From: Paraspadella gotoi
Taxonomy: Eukaryota > Animalia > Chaetognatha
Assembly (NCBI GenBank): GCA_051294375.1
Contig: CM119263.1
Coordinates: 23,586,762-23,650,761 of the forward strand
Direction: 5' to 3'
Length of the DNA: 64,000 bases
The translations under genes and the position numbers were made by a program. Shown here in pieces: positions 52,990 through 64,000 of the stretch (positions are counted from its first letter, which is position 1; every line of letters starts with the position of its first letter). The notes beneath the pieces were generated by a model. It saw only the letters and a list, made by a program, of their open reading frames with translations. It made no database searches and was not told the DNA's origin.

Positions 52990-53450
52990 CCTTAGCAGCA
53001 ATATCTTAATTATTCGAATATCTCAATCTGAAAACGCGATTAACTTTGTAAGTGTGGTCGAGCCCAAGAAAGATTGTGGACGGAGGTTCCTTCTTCGCTG
53101 ATAACCGCGATCGTGAATTACTGTCTTATCGTCTCCTGACGGGAAAATGGGACGAGAACAAATCGAAATACTGATGAGTTGACCTCAAAAACTATGAACG
53201 AAGATCGAAGCACAATGACGAACGGGGAAGATTAAGAGTTTCAATAAATACTCCTTAGCGGTGTATCTCCGGTAAATTCCGATGTGATGTGTCCCTAAAA
53301 TTTGAGGTCTGCAATCGTCACAATATTGGCTAGGTTGATACAGGACTGATCTTGCAATCTTTTGCAAGAGCAGACGAGCAGATAACCTGGAGCGAGATTA
53401 TTTAAAGGAGTTTATTAGGCGACGGCGCGAGGATTTGTGAAAACGCCGTC
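52990..53450 (+). CDS. Candidate FN3 domain followed by LamG start, frameshifted; likely further usherin-like exon(s)
   Basis: SENAINFVS/WSSP...RELLSYRLL...L/KSFNKYSLAVY fits the FN3 W, Y and L..F..Y strands. It is followed by FKGVY..DG/RGFVKTPS (cf. recalled usherin LamG1 start KGIRFIGNGYCKFPS). Confidence 0.45.
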
Positions 53451-53470
53451 ATGTGATTCTTTCGATATGG

Positions 53471-53557
53471 GGAGAACGGTGCTTTTAAAATTGGAGAACC
53501 GTTCATCTCAAATGAGAGACCGTTGATTCTAAAATGGGAGAACGACGAGTTCTTAAA
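53471..53557 (+). repeat. Degenerate ~22-bp tandem repeat, 4 units
   Basis: ggagaacggtgcttttaaaatt / ggagaaccgttcatctcaaatg / agagaccgttgattctaaaatg / ggagaacgacgagttcttaaa. Confidence 0.6.
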
Positions 53558-53719
53558 CCGATATTTATTTTAACTAAATTCAAATTAATTTAAGGTTATT
53601 CTTTATAGAATAAACTGGATATAGGGGAAAGGGGTAAAAAAGTAAACTGTAAACTCGATGAATTAAAATTGAATGACTTAGGAAATGAGAGAGTGAGAGA
53701 ATGAGTGTCTGTTGCGAAT

Positions 53720-53930
53720 GACTCTTCCGAGATGAATGAACGCGCCGGACGCAAGCGGCGCTCAAGTCCGCGGATGCGAAGGTTAATGAAGTTTTGGTCA
53801 AACGCGGATCAGCGACGCGTGGAATCGGACCATCGTCGGCACGAGGCGACGGTGCGCATCAGTAAGAAAGGGCGTTGAGGATCTCGTGATGTCGCATACA
53901 ATGTGACCGAGGAAGGAATTAAATTTAAGT
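53720..53930 (+). CDS. Candidate LamG exon fragment, frameshifted
   Basis: GC-richer island in AT-rich flanks. It reads ISDAWNRTIVGTR/DGA, resembling the LamG isDg.Wh.v...R motif. Confidence 0.3.
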
Positions 53931-54279
53931 TATGATGCCAGATGCAAGTAATAATAGTAATCTTTTAAGAAGTGCTGATGTTGAAAAAGTGTAAACCGAT
54001 GTAATCCGAATAAATAACCCTTTCGTTAAAATAAGAGTTGAAGTTAAGTTAAATTAAAATCTCCAGTCTTTAAACAAACTCAACTGTAATTCGAGATTCG
54101 CCTCGCTGAGACGTCGAACGTCGTTCAATCTCAGCTGAATATCGGATTATTTTTTTTTAAATTATAAACTTAATGTGAAATTATTATAAAATCGGATTAA
54201 AATCGAGTTGTCGATCTCGATTTCTCTTTTATCGCACGTCGTCTTGGTTGCAAACCCAAACGAGACACTCCTCCCAGCA

Positions 54280-54281
<2 letters not shown>

Positions 54282-54334
<53 letters not shown>

Positions 54335-54383
54335 CTCTCTCGTCTTTCTCTCTCTCTCTTCTCTCCTCCTCTCTCTCTCTCTC
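54282..54383. repeat. Interrupted (TC)n microsatellite
   Basis: Seen directly. Confidence 0.9.
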
Positions 54384-54419
54384 AATTTTGAAACGAAACG
54401 AAAAAAAAAAAAAAAAATT

Positions 54420-55863
54420 CAATCAAATTTTTCTTATCAATTCTCCAGATTCACTATACAGCTTTTATTCAGACGCTCCCCTTTCCCGTCTTAACCGTCT
54501 TCGAACTCACCTCCCGCTCTTAGACAAACACTTACCATCCTTCGCCGCAAACAGCCCGAAAGATCGGCGCGGCAAGCTGGCCGGCCGCGGAAACGGCGTC
54601 TTCGGATTTTCCCTTCGAACTTGTCAATCTTGGATGAATATGATTGCAGATATGAAACAGAAACAGAATACTAACCGGCGCGACGTCTTGTGTATGGGCG
54701 AACAGTCAGGAGAGGAAAAGGGAAGACGAAAGTAAAGAAAAATAAAGGCAGAAGAAAAGAAAAAATTTCAATTATCGGCGCAACAGCCGGTTGCCTGTGT
54801 GCCATTGGATGGGGCATCTTCCATGTTGCTTATGGGCGGTTGCCGACCACTCAGTGACGCCTCAGTGCACTGCGCGGTTAAACCCCTAGACCGGTTCTCC
54901 GCTTTGGCCCAACGCAGCAGGGAAGTCGTCTAGAGACTGTGGATGAACACTACCGCCTGGGATGGTGTGTTCCCCCCCTCTGAGGCCAAGGATTTGGCTG
55001 ACGGATGGTGATGTGAGCGAGTAAATAATACCAGCCACACAATCAATTAAAATTTTAACAAATATACGTAGAATTCCTTTTTTTTTTAGAGACATCCCCA
55101 AACGGGAATAAAAACGCGTATACACTTACAATCAATGAATGTGCTTCACATACGGACCAGCTTGTATATTATCCATGCGACATTAATGTAAGCTTTTAGT
55201 TTAAATTTTGTTACGTTAAGTCACATCTAAACCGTTGCACTCAAAGTAACATTGCCGACAAAAAGGAGCACAACGACCATTAGAGGAAAAAGATAAGAAC
55301 GTAAAAGACACGTATGGGGAAAGGAATGGAGGAAAGAGGAAGTTGGACAGATATTGGAGGAGTTCTGTGGAAGGAAGAGGAGGCGAGCGGCGGTGTGGCG
55401 GAAGGTGGAGAAGGGTAAGTTATTTGAACCAAGTATAAAACAAAAAGAGAAGACCAGCGTGACAACTAGTCGGAACAGGGGAAGGTTTCATCACTGATAC
55501 GGCGTATAATCGCGTAGGGCGGAACGCGGTTTGATCTGTATTTGTCACTACGCAGGCGCATAAACTCCTTCCGAAAGCTAGAATTTTTTTGGAGGGAAAC
55601 CCGCGCCGCAGTCCGACCAATCTTTCGAAAACGGAATATTTCTATTCTTTCTTTTTTTTCTTCCCCTTTTTTTTTGAGTCTCAAAAGTCGAATTAGATCC
55701 CGGTGTATTAACTTTTCCGAACAACCGCTTTTTGCTCTTCGTATGCACAGAATTTTTTTGAATCGCAGTCCTTAAATAATATTAATTGAAGGTTGAAAAA
55801 TAAATAATAAAAAATAAAACTTTTATCCCTCTCATGTTAGGCAGATTTACAAAAAAAACAACC
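54420..55863 (+). repeat. Tandem direct duplicate of 55889-57291 across a 25-N gap
   Basis: Collinear from TCAATCAAA..TCAATTCTCCAGATTCAC to TTTACAAAAA..ACC, with 1-nt indel differences. Confidence 0.92.
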
Positions 55864-58111
55864 NNNNNNNNNNNNNNNNNNNNNNNNNTCAATCAAAGAT
55901 TTTTCTTTCAATTCTCCAGATTCACTATCGCTTTTATCAGACTCCCCTTCCCGTCTTTAACCGTCTTCGAACTCACCTCCCCTCTTAGACAAACACTTAC
56001 CATCCCTCTCGCCGCAGCCGAATCGGCGCGGCAGCTGCGGCGGCGGAACGGCGTCTCTCGATTTCCCTTCGACTGTCATCTTGGGATGAATATTTGAGAT
56101 ATTGAACAGAACAGCAAATACTAAACCGGCGACGTCTTGTGTATGGGCGACAGTCAGGAGGGAAAAGGGAAGACGAAAAGTAAAGAAAATAAAGGCGGAA
56201 AGAAAAGGAAAAAATGTTCAATTATGGCAACAGCCGGGTTGCCTGTGTGCCATTGGATGGGGCATCTCCAATGTTTGCTTATGGGCGGCTTAGCCGACCA
56301 CTCAGTGACGCCTCCAGTGCACTGGCGCGGTTACCCCTAGGACGGTTCTCTCGCTTTGGCCCAACGCAGAGGGAAGTCGTTAGGACTGTGGATGAACACT
56401 ACCGCCTGGGATGGTGTGTTCCCCCCTCTGAGGCCAAGGATTTGGCTGACGGATGGTGAATGTGAGGCGAGTAAATAATACCAGCCACACAATCAATTAA
56501 AATTTTAACAATATACGTAGAATTCCTTTTTTTTTTTTAGAGAATCCCAAACGGATAAAAACGCGTATAACTTACAATCAATGATGTGCTTTATACGGAC
56601 CAGTTGTAATTATTATGCGAGATTGTGTAAGCTTTAGTTTTATTTTGTTATGTTTAAGTAACATCTAACGTTGCCTCAAAGTTAACATTGCCGACAAAAA
56701 GGAGCACAAGACATTAGAGGAAAAAGAATAAGACGTAAAAGAACGACGTATGGGGAAAGGGATGGAGGAAAGAGGAAGTTGACAGATATTGGAGGAGTTT
56801 GTGGGAAGGAAGAGGAGGCGGCGGCGGTGTGGCGGAGGTGGAGAAGGGTAAGTTTTTGAACAAGTATAAAACAAAAAGAGGAAGCCATGCCGTGACACTA
56901 GTCGGAGCGAGGGGAAGGTTTCACTGATACGGGGTATAAATCGCGGTAGGGCGGACGCGGTTTGATCTGTATTGTACTACGCAGGCGCATAACTCCTTCG
57001 AAGGCTTAGAATTTTTTTGGGAGGGGAACCCGCGCCGCAGTCCGCCATCTTTTCGAACGGATATTTCTTTCTTTCTTTTTTTTTCCCCTTTTTTTTTTTT
57101 GAGTCTCAAAAGTCGAATAGATTCCCGGGTGTATCTAACGTTTTCCGATCACCGCTTTTTGCTCTTCGTTAATGCACAGATTTTTTTGAATTCCGTGTCC
57201 TTATTATATTTTTTGTAAGGTTGAAATAAATAATAAAATAAAATAAAACGTTTTATCCCTTCTCATTGTTAGGCAGGAGTTTACAAAAACACCCCTTGCA
57301 GGGAGTCGGTTAAAACATTTTTAACCTTGCAATATGCGTATTTCAGTAGAAGTACTAAATTTGTTAGATCGACTAAAAAATAGAACGCACGGACTGATGA
57401 AAACACGAAGAGAATGTTAAAAAAAGATTTTAAAACGAATCTCTCTTTCCCGTTTACCACACTGCTTTGTCAGGACATCTCTCCCCTCCCCCCCATTTCC
57501 TCGCCCTCCCCTCCTTTCCTCCTCCTCNNNNNNNNNNNNNNNNNNNNNNNNNNNNNNNNNNNNNNNNNNNNNNNNNNNNNNNNNNNNNNNNNNNNNNNNN
57601 NNNNNNNNNNNNNNNNNNNNNNNNNNNNNNNNNNNNNNNNNNNNNNNNNNNNNNNNNNNNNNNNNNNNNNNNNNNNNNNNNNNNNNNNNNNNNNNNNNNN
57701 NNNNNNNNNNNNNNNNNNNNNNNNNNNNNNNNNNNNNNNNNNNNNNNNNNNNNNNNNNNNNNNNNNNNNNNNNNNNNNNNNNNNNNNNNNNNNNNNCGCC
57801 GTGGCGGCTGCGGCGTCGGCAGAACGTGGACTGGGTGGCGATGAGATTGGATTTTTTTCGAGTCGGGTTGAGCGGGCGAGGATGGGATTGTTGGTAGAGA
57901 GAATTTGTTAGTGGACCGGTAATGAATTCTTTGAGAACTTTTAGAGCGACGTTAGTTTAGAGAAAGACGAAGAAAGGAAATTAAAAAAAAACAATGTTTG
58001 GAAAGAAGTGAAGAGATTGACTTATGAACTGTGAATGACTAAATGCGAGAATGACAAATGCGAAGTGGGGAATAAAACCAATATCTTGACTCGCCTGGCT
58101 GGAGCAGACTG

Positions 58112-58200
58112 ATAGAATAGAATGGAATAGAATAGAATAGAATAGAATAGAATAGAATAGAATAGAATAGAATAGAATAGAATAGAATAGAATAGAATAG
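58112..58200. repeat. (AATAG)n pentanucleotide microsatellite
   Basis: Near-perfect run with one AATGG variant. Confidence 0.95.
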
Positions 58201-59071
58201 AGAAAAGGGCGAAGGCTTCTCAAAAAGATGGCGATGGGGAGAGATCGGTAAGTAAAAAATCATGGGTGAGGTCGAAGCAGGAATCGGACAGACCAATTCT
58301 CTCCTGGGAACCAACTAAAACCAACNNNNNNNNNNNNNNNNNNNNNNNNNAGTAGGCGGATCGGACGTTCAAGAGAAGAGGAGAGGAGAGGAGAGAGACG
58401 GAGAGGAGAGAGAGAGAGAGAGAAGAGAGAGGAAGAGAGAGAGAAGAGCATATACGGGGATTCGAAGATGCATGTCAAGAGTCCGGAACGTGACTTGACA
58501 TGACGCGCGGAGCGCCTCCGTTTCATGTTCGGTTTAGTCGGTTCGGCCTTTGGACAACGTCTCTTACGTAGATATGTAATCTAGTTTTTCTCATCGCATT
58601 CAAATATCTCTCATAGCCCTCGTCTGTCCTCCTCGTCATTCTCTCTCTCTCTATCTCCGAGAGCCTTCCTCTTCTCTACTCCTCCGCGCTTCTCCTCGTC
58701 GCGTCTCTCTCCTCGGCGTCGTTCCTCTCAATCTCCTCTCTCACATCTCTCTCTCCTCTCTCTCTCCTCTCTCTCTCTCTCTCCTCTCTCTGTTCTCGCT
58801 ATTTACTGGCACGAGTATCAATTTGCGCTGAAAAGGGACAGGGGAGGCGCCTTTATTTTTCTTTCTTTTTCTCTTTTCTTCCTCTTTCTATCTTCTATCT
58901 TTTTTCTTAACAAATCTATTTTCCGTATTTATATTTTGCTTCCTTTTACATAGTCTTTAACAATGATAGAATTTTGTGATAATAAAAATTAAAGGTATTT
59001 ATGTTGTATTTTATTTGTGAGAGATCTGAGACATTGTGTACAATGTGTACATACATTAGAATAATAATCAG

Positions 59072-59402
59072 AGTCGGGTCGAAGATCGGAAACCAGGATG
59101 TGCTGCGATGGAAAGGCTCGCAAATGACGATGGTAATCCTCTTTCCTGGCAACTTTTGTCGCTTGCAATTTTAAGATCGTCAATAGTGGCAGATGGAAGT
59201 GTCGGCCGCAACGGGGATGCATCAAAGATTCCGGGGCGTTGTCAACTTAATAAACAATGACAATGGTATGATTGGAATCCCTATGACAACGGCCTTTCTG
59301 GCATCAAAGGGCGACGGGTCGATTGAGACAAATCCCCTTCAGAGACATGCGATCCGCTTCGACGCGACAGGAAACGGTGATGCTAACGGTGATGGGAAAG
59401 AG
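59072..59402 (+). CDS. Candidate LamG1-LamG2 junction exon of usherin-like gene, frameshifted
   Basis: aatcAG acceptor and GTGAG donor at 59403. It reads PGC-x11-NPLSWQLL-..-GSVGRN/GCIKD...IRFDATGNG/MLTVMGK. The spacing resembles recalled usherin VGC-x10-NPSAIWEPLDW..EGC...FKFRTDQLNGLLLFVYNK. Confidence 0.4.
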
Positions 59403-59934
59403 TGAGAAATTGTCAAAGTTAATTAGAAAATTTCAATTATTTTTTATATAGAAGAAGTAGTAGTAGTAGTAGTACAGTCATGTACAAAAAAATCGCACAA
59501 CTTTATTTCAGACTTTAAAAATTACTCTATATACTTGAATTTTAAAAAAAAATTTAAAAGTGATTAAAATTTATTCAAAAATAATGAGTTTATTATAAGT
59601 TTATTAAAATTGGGCAATCCATTTGGGAGAAATCATTTTTTTAAATAAAGTACTCTACCGCAAAGCTGAATTTAAAAAAATCTGATAGATTTAAGACTAA
59701 TCTTTTTTTTTTAATTACACTGGATATCAGGAGGGATAGTGCATACTACAGCTTATAATACGCTAAAGAAACCTTAAGGTGAAGGAAATCAGGAAAGTCT
59801 TAAAATTTTCAGAAAATGTCATCTCCTTTTTTAAATAATCAAGCGACAATGACGTCCAGCGTCCACGTTCGTTAAAAAGACGTCACTTCTTCACGACGAA
59901 TCAATACACGAGCGTAATGAAGCCGTCATTTCCA

Positions 59935-59969
<35 letters not shown>

Positions 59970-61722
59970 NNNNNNNNNNNNNNNNNNNNNNNNNNNNNNN
60001 NNNNNNNNNNNNNNNNNNNNNNNNNNNNNNNNNNNNNNNNNNNNNNNNNNNNNNNNNNNNNNNNNNNNNNNNNNNNNNNNNNNNNNNNNNNNNNNNNNNN
60101 NNNNNNNNNNNNNNNNNNNNNNNNNNNNNNNNNNNNNNNNNNNNNNNNNNNNNNNNNNNNNNNNNNNNNNNNNNNNNNNNNNNNNNNNNNNNNNNNNNNN
60201 NNNNNNNNNNNNNNNNNNNNNNNNNNNNNNNNNNNNNNNNNNNNNNNNNNNNNNNNNNNNNNNNNNNNNNNNNNNNNNNNNNNNNNNNNNNNNNNNNNNN
60301 NNNNNNNNNNNNNNNNNNNNNNNNNNNNNNNNNNNNNNNNNNNNNNNNNNNNNNNNNNNNNNNNNNNNNNNNNNNNNNNNNNNNNNNNNNNNNNNNNNNN
60401 NNNNNNNNNNNNNNNNNNNNNNNNNNNNNNNNNNNNNNNNNNNNNNNNNNNNNNNNNNNNNNNNNNNNNNNNNNNNNNNNNNNNNNNNNNNNNNNNNNNN
60501 NNNNNNNNNNNNNNNNNNNNNNNNNNNNNNNNNNNNNNNNNNNNNNNNNNNNNNNNNNNNNNNNNNNNNNNNNNNNNNNNNNNNNNNNNNNNNNNNNNNN
60601 NNNNNNNNNNNNNNNNNNNNNNNNNNNNNNNNNNNNNNNNNNNNNNNNNNNNNNNNNNNNNNNNNNNNNNNNNNNNNNNNNNNNNNNNNNNNNNNNNNNN
60701 NNNNNNNNNNNNNNNNNNNNNNNNNNNNNNNNNNNNNNNNNNNNNNNNNNNNNNNNNNNNNNNNAACCTCATTTTCATTTCTCTTTATCTATCATTCCGA
60801 TCCATTCATTCTTTCTCCCGCTCATTTTTCATCTTTTTATCGTCGTCTGTATCGATTCGAAGCGACGCACGTTATTTCCGTCGAATTTTTTTGTTCTTTG
60901 AAGAAGAGAAAAGAAAAAGAAAAGAAAAGAAAGGAAGATTCGATCGGATCGTCAGGTGTTCTTTTGTTTCTTCTGAACCCGGATGTGATAGGCTTAACAT
61001 TGGAACAAAACCGCTGAAGAACTGACGGAGGCAGTATGGCACAATCAAAGAAACGACTGGCAATTGACTTTTTAATATTTTTCGCGGAATTTTCAACGAA
61101 ATGTCATCCGAGAGACGGTCTCCTCGTCCTTCTTTCCTCTCGTCACCTTCGTCTTTAAACTCGAATACATAAAAGAGAAAAATGCAAAGTTGAAGAGAAA
61201 TCGAGGATTAGCTGCGAAAAAAATCTGACGACGCTTCCGGGGCGATGACGNNNNNNNNNNNNNNNNNNNNNNNNNNNNNNNNNNNNNNNNNNNNNNNNNN
61301 NNNNNNNNNNNNNNNNNNNNNNNNNNNNNNNNNNNNNNNNNNNNNNNNNNNNNNNNNNNNNNNNNNNNNNNNNNNNNNNNNNNNNNNNNNNNNNNNNNNN
61401 NNNNNNNNNNNNNNNNNNNAAGAGATTCAAAATGGCGGACGGAGATTAGAGAGCCAACCCGAGAAAAAATATGAGAAATTATGGAAATTCGGAAGAAATG
61501 AACCAAAGCCTCGCGTGTGTTTACTTTTCAACGGTCTTTTCCTTTTCGTTTAAAATATTAATTTTATTCAATTTCGCTTCTATCTCGTCGCCCGTGAGAG
61601 GGAGAAAGGCTCAGAGTGAGGGAGCGAGAGAAAAAAGAAAAAGGAAGACAAGACGAAGCCAACGTCAAAAAAAGGAATAAAAAAGGAAAAAGAAAAAAAT
61701 AAAGAAAGAAAGAAAGAAAGAG

Positions 61723-61848
61723 ATAAAGAAATAAAGAAATAAAGAAATAAAGAAACAAAGAAATAAAGAAATAAAGAAATAAAGAAATAAAGAAATAAAG
61801 AAATAAAGAAATAAAGAAATAAAGAAATAAAGAAATAAAGAAATAAAG
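61723..61848. repeat. (ATAAAGAA)n octanucleotide tandem repeat
   Basis: Near-perfect run with one ACAAAGAA variant. Confidence 0.95.
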
Positions 61849-63677
61849 AAAGAAAAAAGGAAAAAGAAAGAAAAATAGAAAGCAATAAAAAAGCGAGAAA
61901 GAAAGATCAATTTGTTCGCGTATCGAGATGTCGATAAAAAAAAACAATGCGTTGAATATTGAGGAAAGACTAAGAATTCAATATGTTGAGGACATCGAAC
62001 GTCAAACTGTCAACGGCCGTCAACAGAATAACTTGTTGACGTAACTGAAACTAAGCTTTTGGAGAACGAACGAAGCTATCAATATATTGCAATAACCCCG
62101 ATCAAAATAATTATTTTTATGAATAGGGCGAATTTAAAGTATCGAGAGTCATCCGGCTTTACTCGGAGCGGAGGCGTTACCGGGTACAATAATCGATTGA
62201 TTACAGCGAACCTATCGGCGAGAGCGATAGAGAGCCAGAGATAGAGGGACGCGCGTCACGTGACCACATCGCTTCTACGATGATGAATGACGCTTCGATC
62301 GGCGACGCGTGACGAGTTTTAATGAGGAACCGAATCCTCGATACAATGACTTATCTATTATACCGAGGATTNNNNNNNNNNNNNNNNNNNNNNNNNNNNN
62401 NNNNNNNNNNNNNNNNNNNNNNNNNNNNNNNNNNNNNNNNNNNNNNNNNNNNNNNNNNNNNNNNNNNNNNNNNNNNNNNNNNNNNNNNNNNNNNNNNNNN
62501 NNNNNNNNNNNNNNNNNNNNNNNNNNNNNNNNNNNNNNNNNNNNNNNNNNNNNNNNNNNNNNNNNNNNNNNNNNNNNNNNNNNNNNNNNNNNNNNNNNNN
62601 NNNNNNNNNNNNNNNNNNNNNNNNNNNNNNNNNNNNNNNNNNNNNNNNNNNNNNNNNNNNNNNNNNNNNNNNNNNNNNNNNNNNNNNNNNNNNNNNNNNN
62701 NNNNNNNNNNNNNNNNNNNNNNNNNNNNNNNNNNNNNNNNNNNNNNNNNNNNNNNNNNNNNNNNNNNNNNNNNNNNNNNNNNNNNNNNNNNNNNNNNNNN
62801 NNNNNNNNNNNNNNNNNNNNNNNNNNNNNNNNNNNNNNNNNNNNNNNNNNNNNNNNNNNNNNNNNNNNNNNNNNNNNNNNNNNNNNNNNNNNNNNNNNNN
62901 NNNNNNNNNNNNNNNNNNNNNNNNNNNNNNNNNNNNNNNNNNNNNNNNNNNNNNNNNNNNNNNNNNNNNNNNNNNNNNNNNNNNNNNNNNNNNNNNNNNN
63001 NNNNNNNNNNNNNNNNNNNNNNNNNNNNNNNNNNNNNNNNNNNNNNNNNNNNNNNNNNNNNNNNNNNNNNNNNNNNNNNNNNNNNNNNNNNNNNNNNNNN
63101 NNNNNNNNNNNNNNNNNNNNNNNNNNNNNNNNNNNNNNNNNNNNNNNNNNNNNNNNNNNNNNNNNNNNNNNNATGGCATCTACTTGGTCTATGTGCACCG
63201 AAATGTTGCAGCAGACGCAGGAGGGGAGGCGCGACGCGGCGACGCGGCGGCGGGAAAAGCAGCTGCCGCCGCGGCTGCTGCGACGAACGCGGAGGTGATC
63301 GATTGGGTATTGGTTATGTATGGATGGAGGAAGAAGCTTCGTTCGGGGATCGAAGCTGCGCGGAATGAGATGGGCCGGCGACGCTCGGATGAGTGGACGA
63401 GGATGCGAGCGGCCACGGAAATAGGCACGCCCCGAACAGTTTCGTCGAAACTCTCCACGACCACGAAGTCTTCTGGCGTCGAAACGCGTTGAACAAAAGT
63501 TTTCTAGCAAAAAAAAAATTAAAAAAAGCCGCACGTTTGTCCTGCGAGCGAAAGTCTTGATCGCCATTCGCCTCTTCCTCTTCCTCCTCCCTCTTCCTCT
63601 TCCCATTTCTCCTCGGTCGGTTTTCGAGGAAGAAAAAAGGCGTTCCTCCTCCTCATGAGGAAAACCCGAAGCCAGGA

Positions 63678-63793
<116 letters not shown>

Positions 63794-64000
63794 TTCCTGC
63801 TCCTCGAAATCTCTTTCTCTCCGTATCGACGCCATATTGATTTTTTCAGATATTCCATCGATTCCATTTTTTTTCGGGGAGAGTCGACCGGATAGAGAGA
63901 TAGTATCGAAGCAGTTTCTCGCGCGCTCCGAAATCGACAGTACTGAAAAAAAAAAAGCCTTGTTCTCTCATTAACATGTCGCCGATACGCGACGTTTTCG

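Noticed and set aside
57394-57420. Hammerhead ribozyme core CTGATGA
   Set aside because: There is no stem II followed by GAAA and no pairing arms.
58989-59225. Minus-strand FN3-like peptide ILVSDLRPDSDYY
   Set aside because: It is a single short motif. The plus strand of the same bases gives several correctly spaced LamG-junction motifs consistent with the usherin-like gene.

Overview
This is a eukaryotic, almost certainly animal, draft scaffold. It is CpG-rich, has short AT-rich spliceosomal introns, and is saturated with (AG)n/(CGA)n microsatellites. No prokaryotic operons, CRISPR arrays, rRNA or intact tRNA were seen. Roughly 25 kb is redundant: indel-riddled or base-identical copies, mostly next to eight gaps of exactly 25 N, which points to long-read gap over-filling rather than biology. 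Two genes can be read. (1) An intact six-exon minus-strand gene (14964->10496, 1280 aa by my exon model) encodes an unrecognised, highly charged, disordered protein. It has a C-terminal tail-anchor helix, an FFAT-like motif and a possible in-frame 5-nt microexon, and it occurs twice more as frameshifted copies (1-3495; inverted 20861-25525). (2) A plus-strand usherin (USH2A)-like gene is scattered over ~34.9-59.4 kb as frameshifted exons in error-prone sequence. The order is LamG-like?, laminin N-terminal motifs, six laminin-EGF repeats, FN3, then FN3/LamG pieces. Comparisons to human usherin and laminins are from memory, not database searches. I found no well-supported new multi-gene system. 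The best leads are the FFAT plus tail-anchor orphan protein, the apparently rearranged usherin architecture, and a possible inversion or inverted-repeat-flanked segment.
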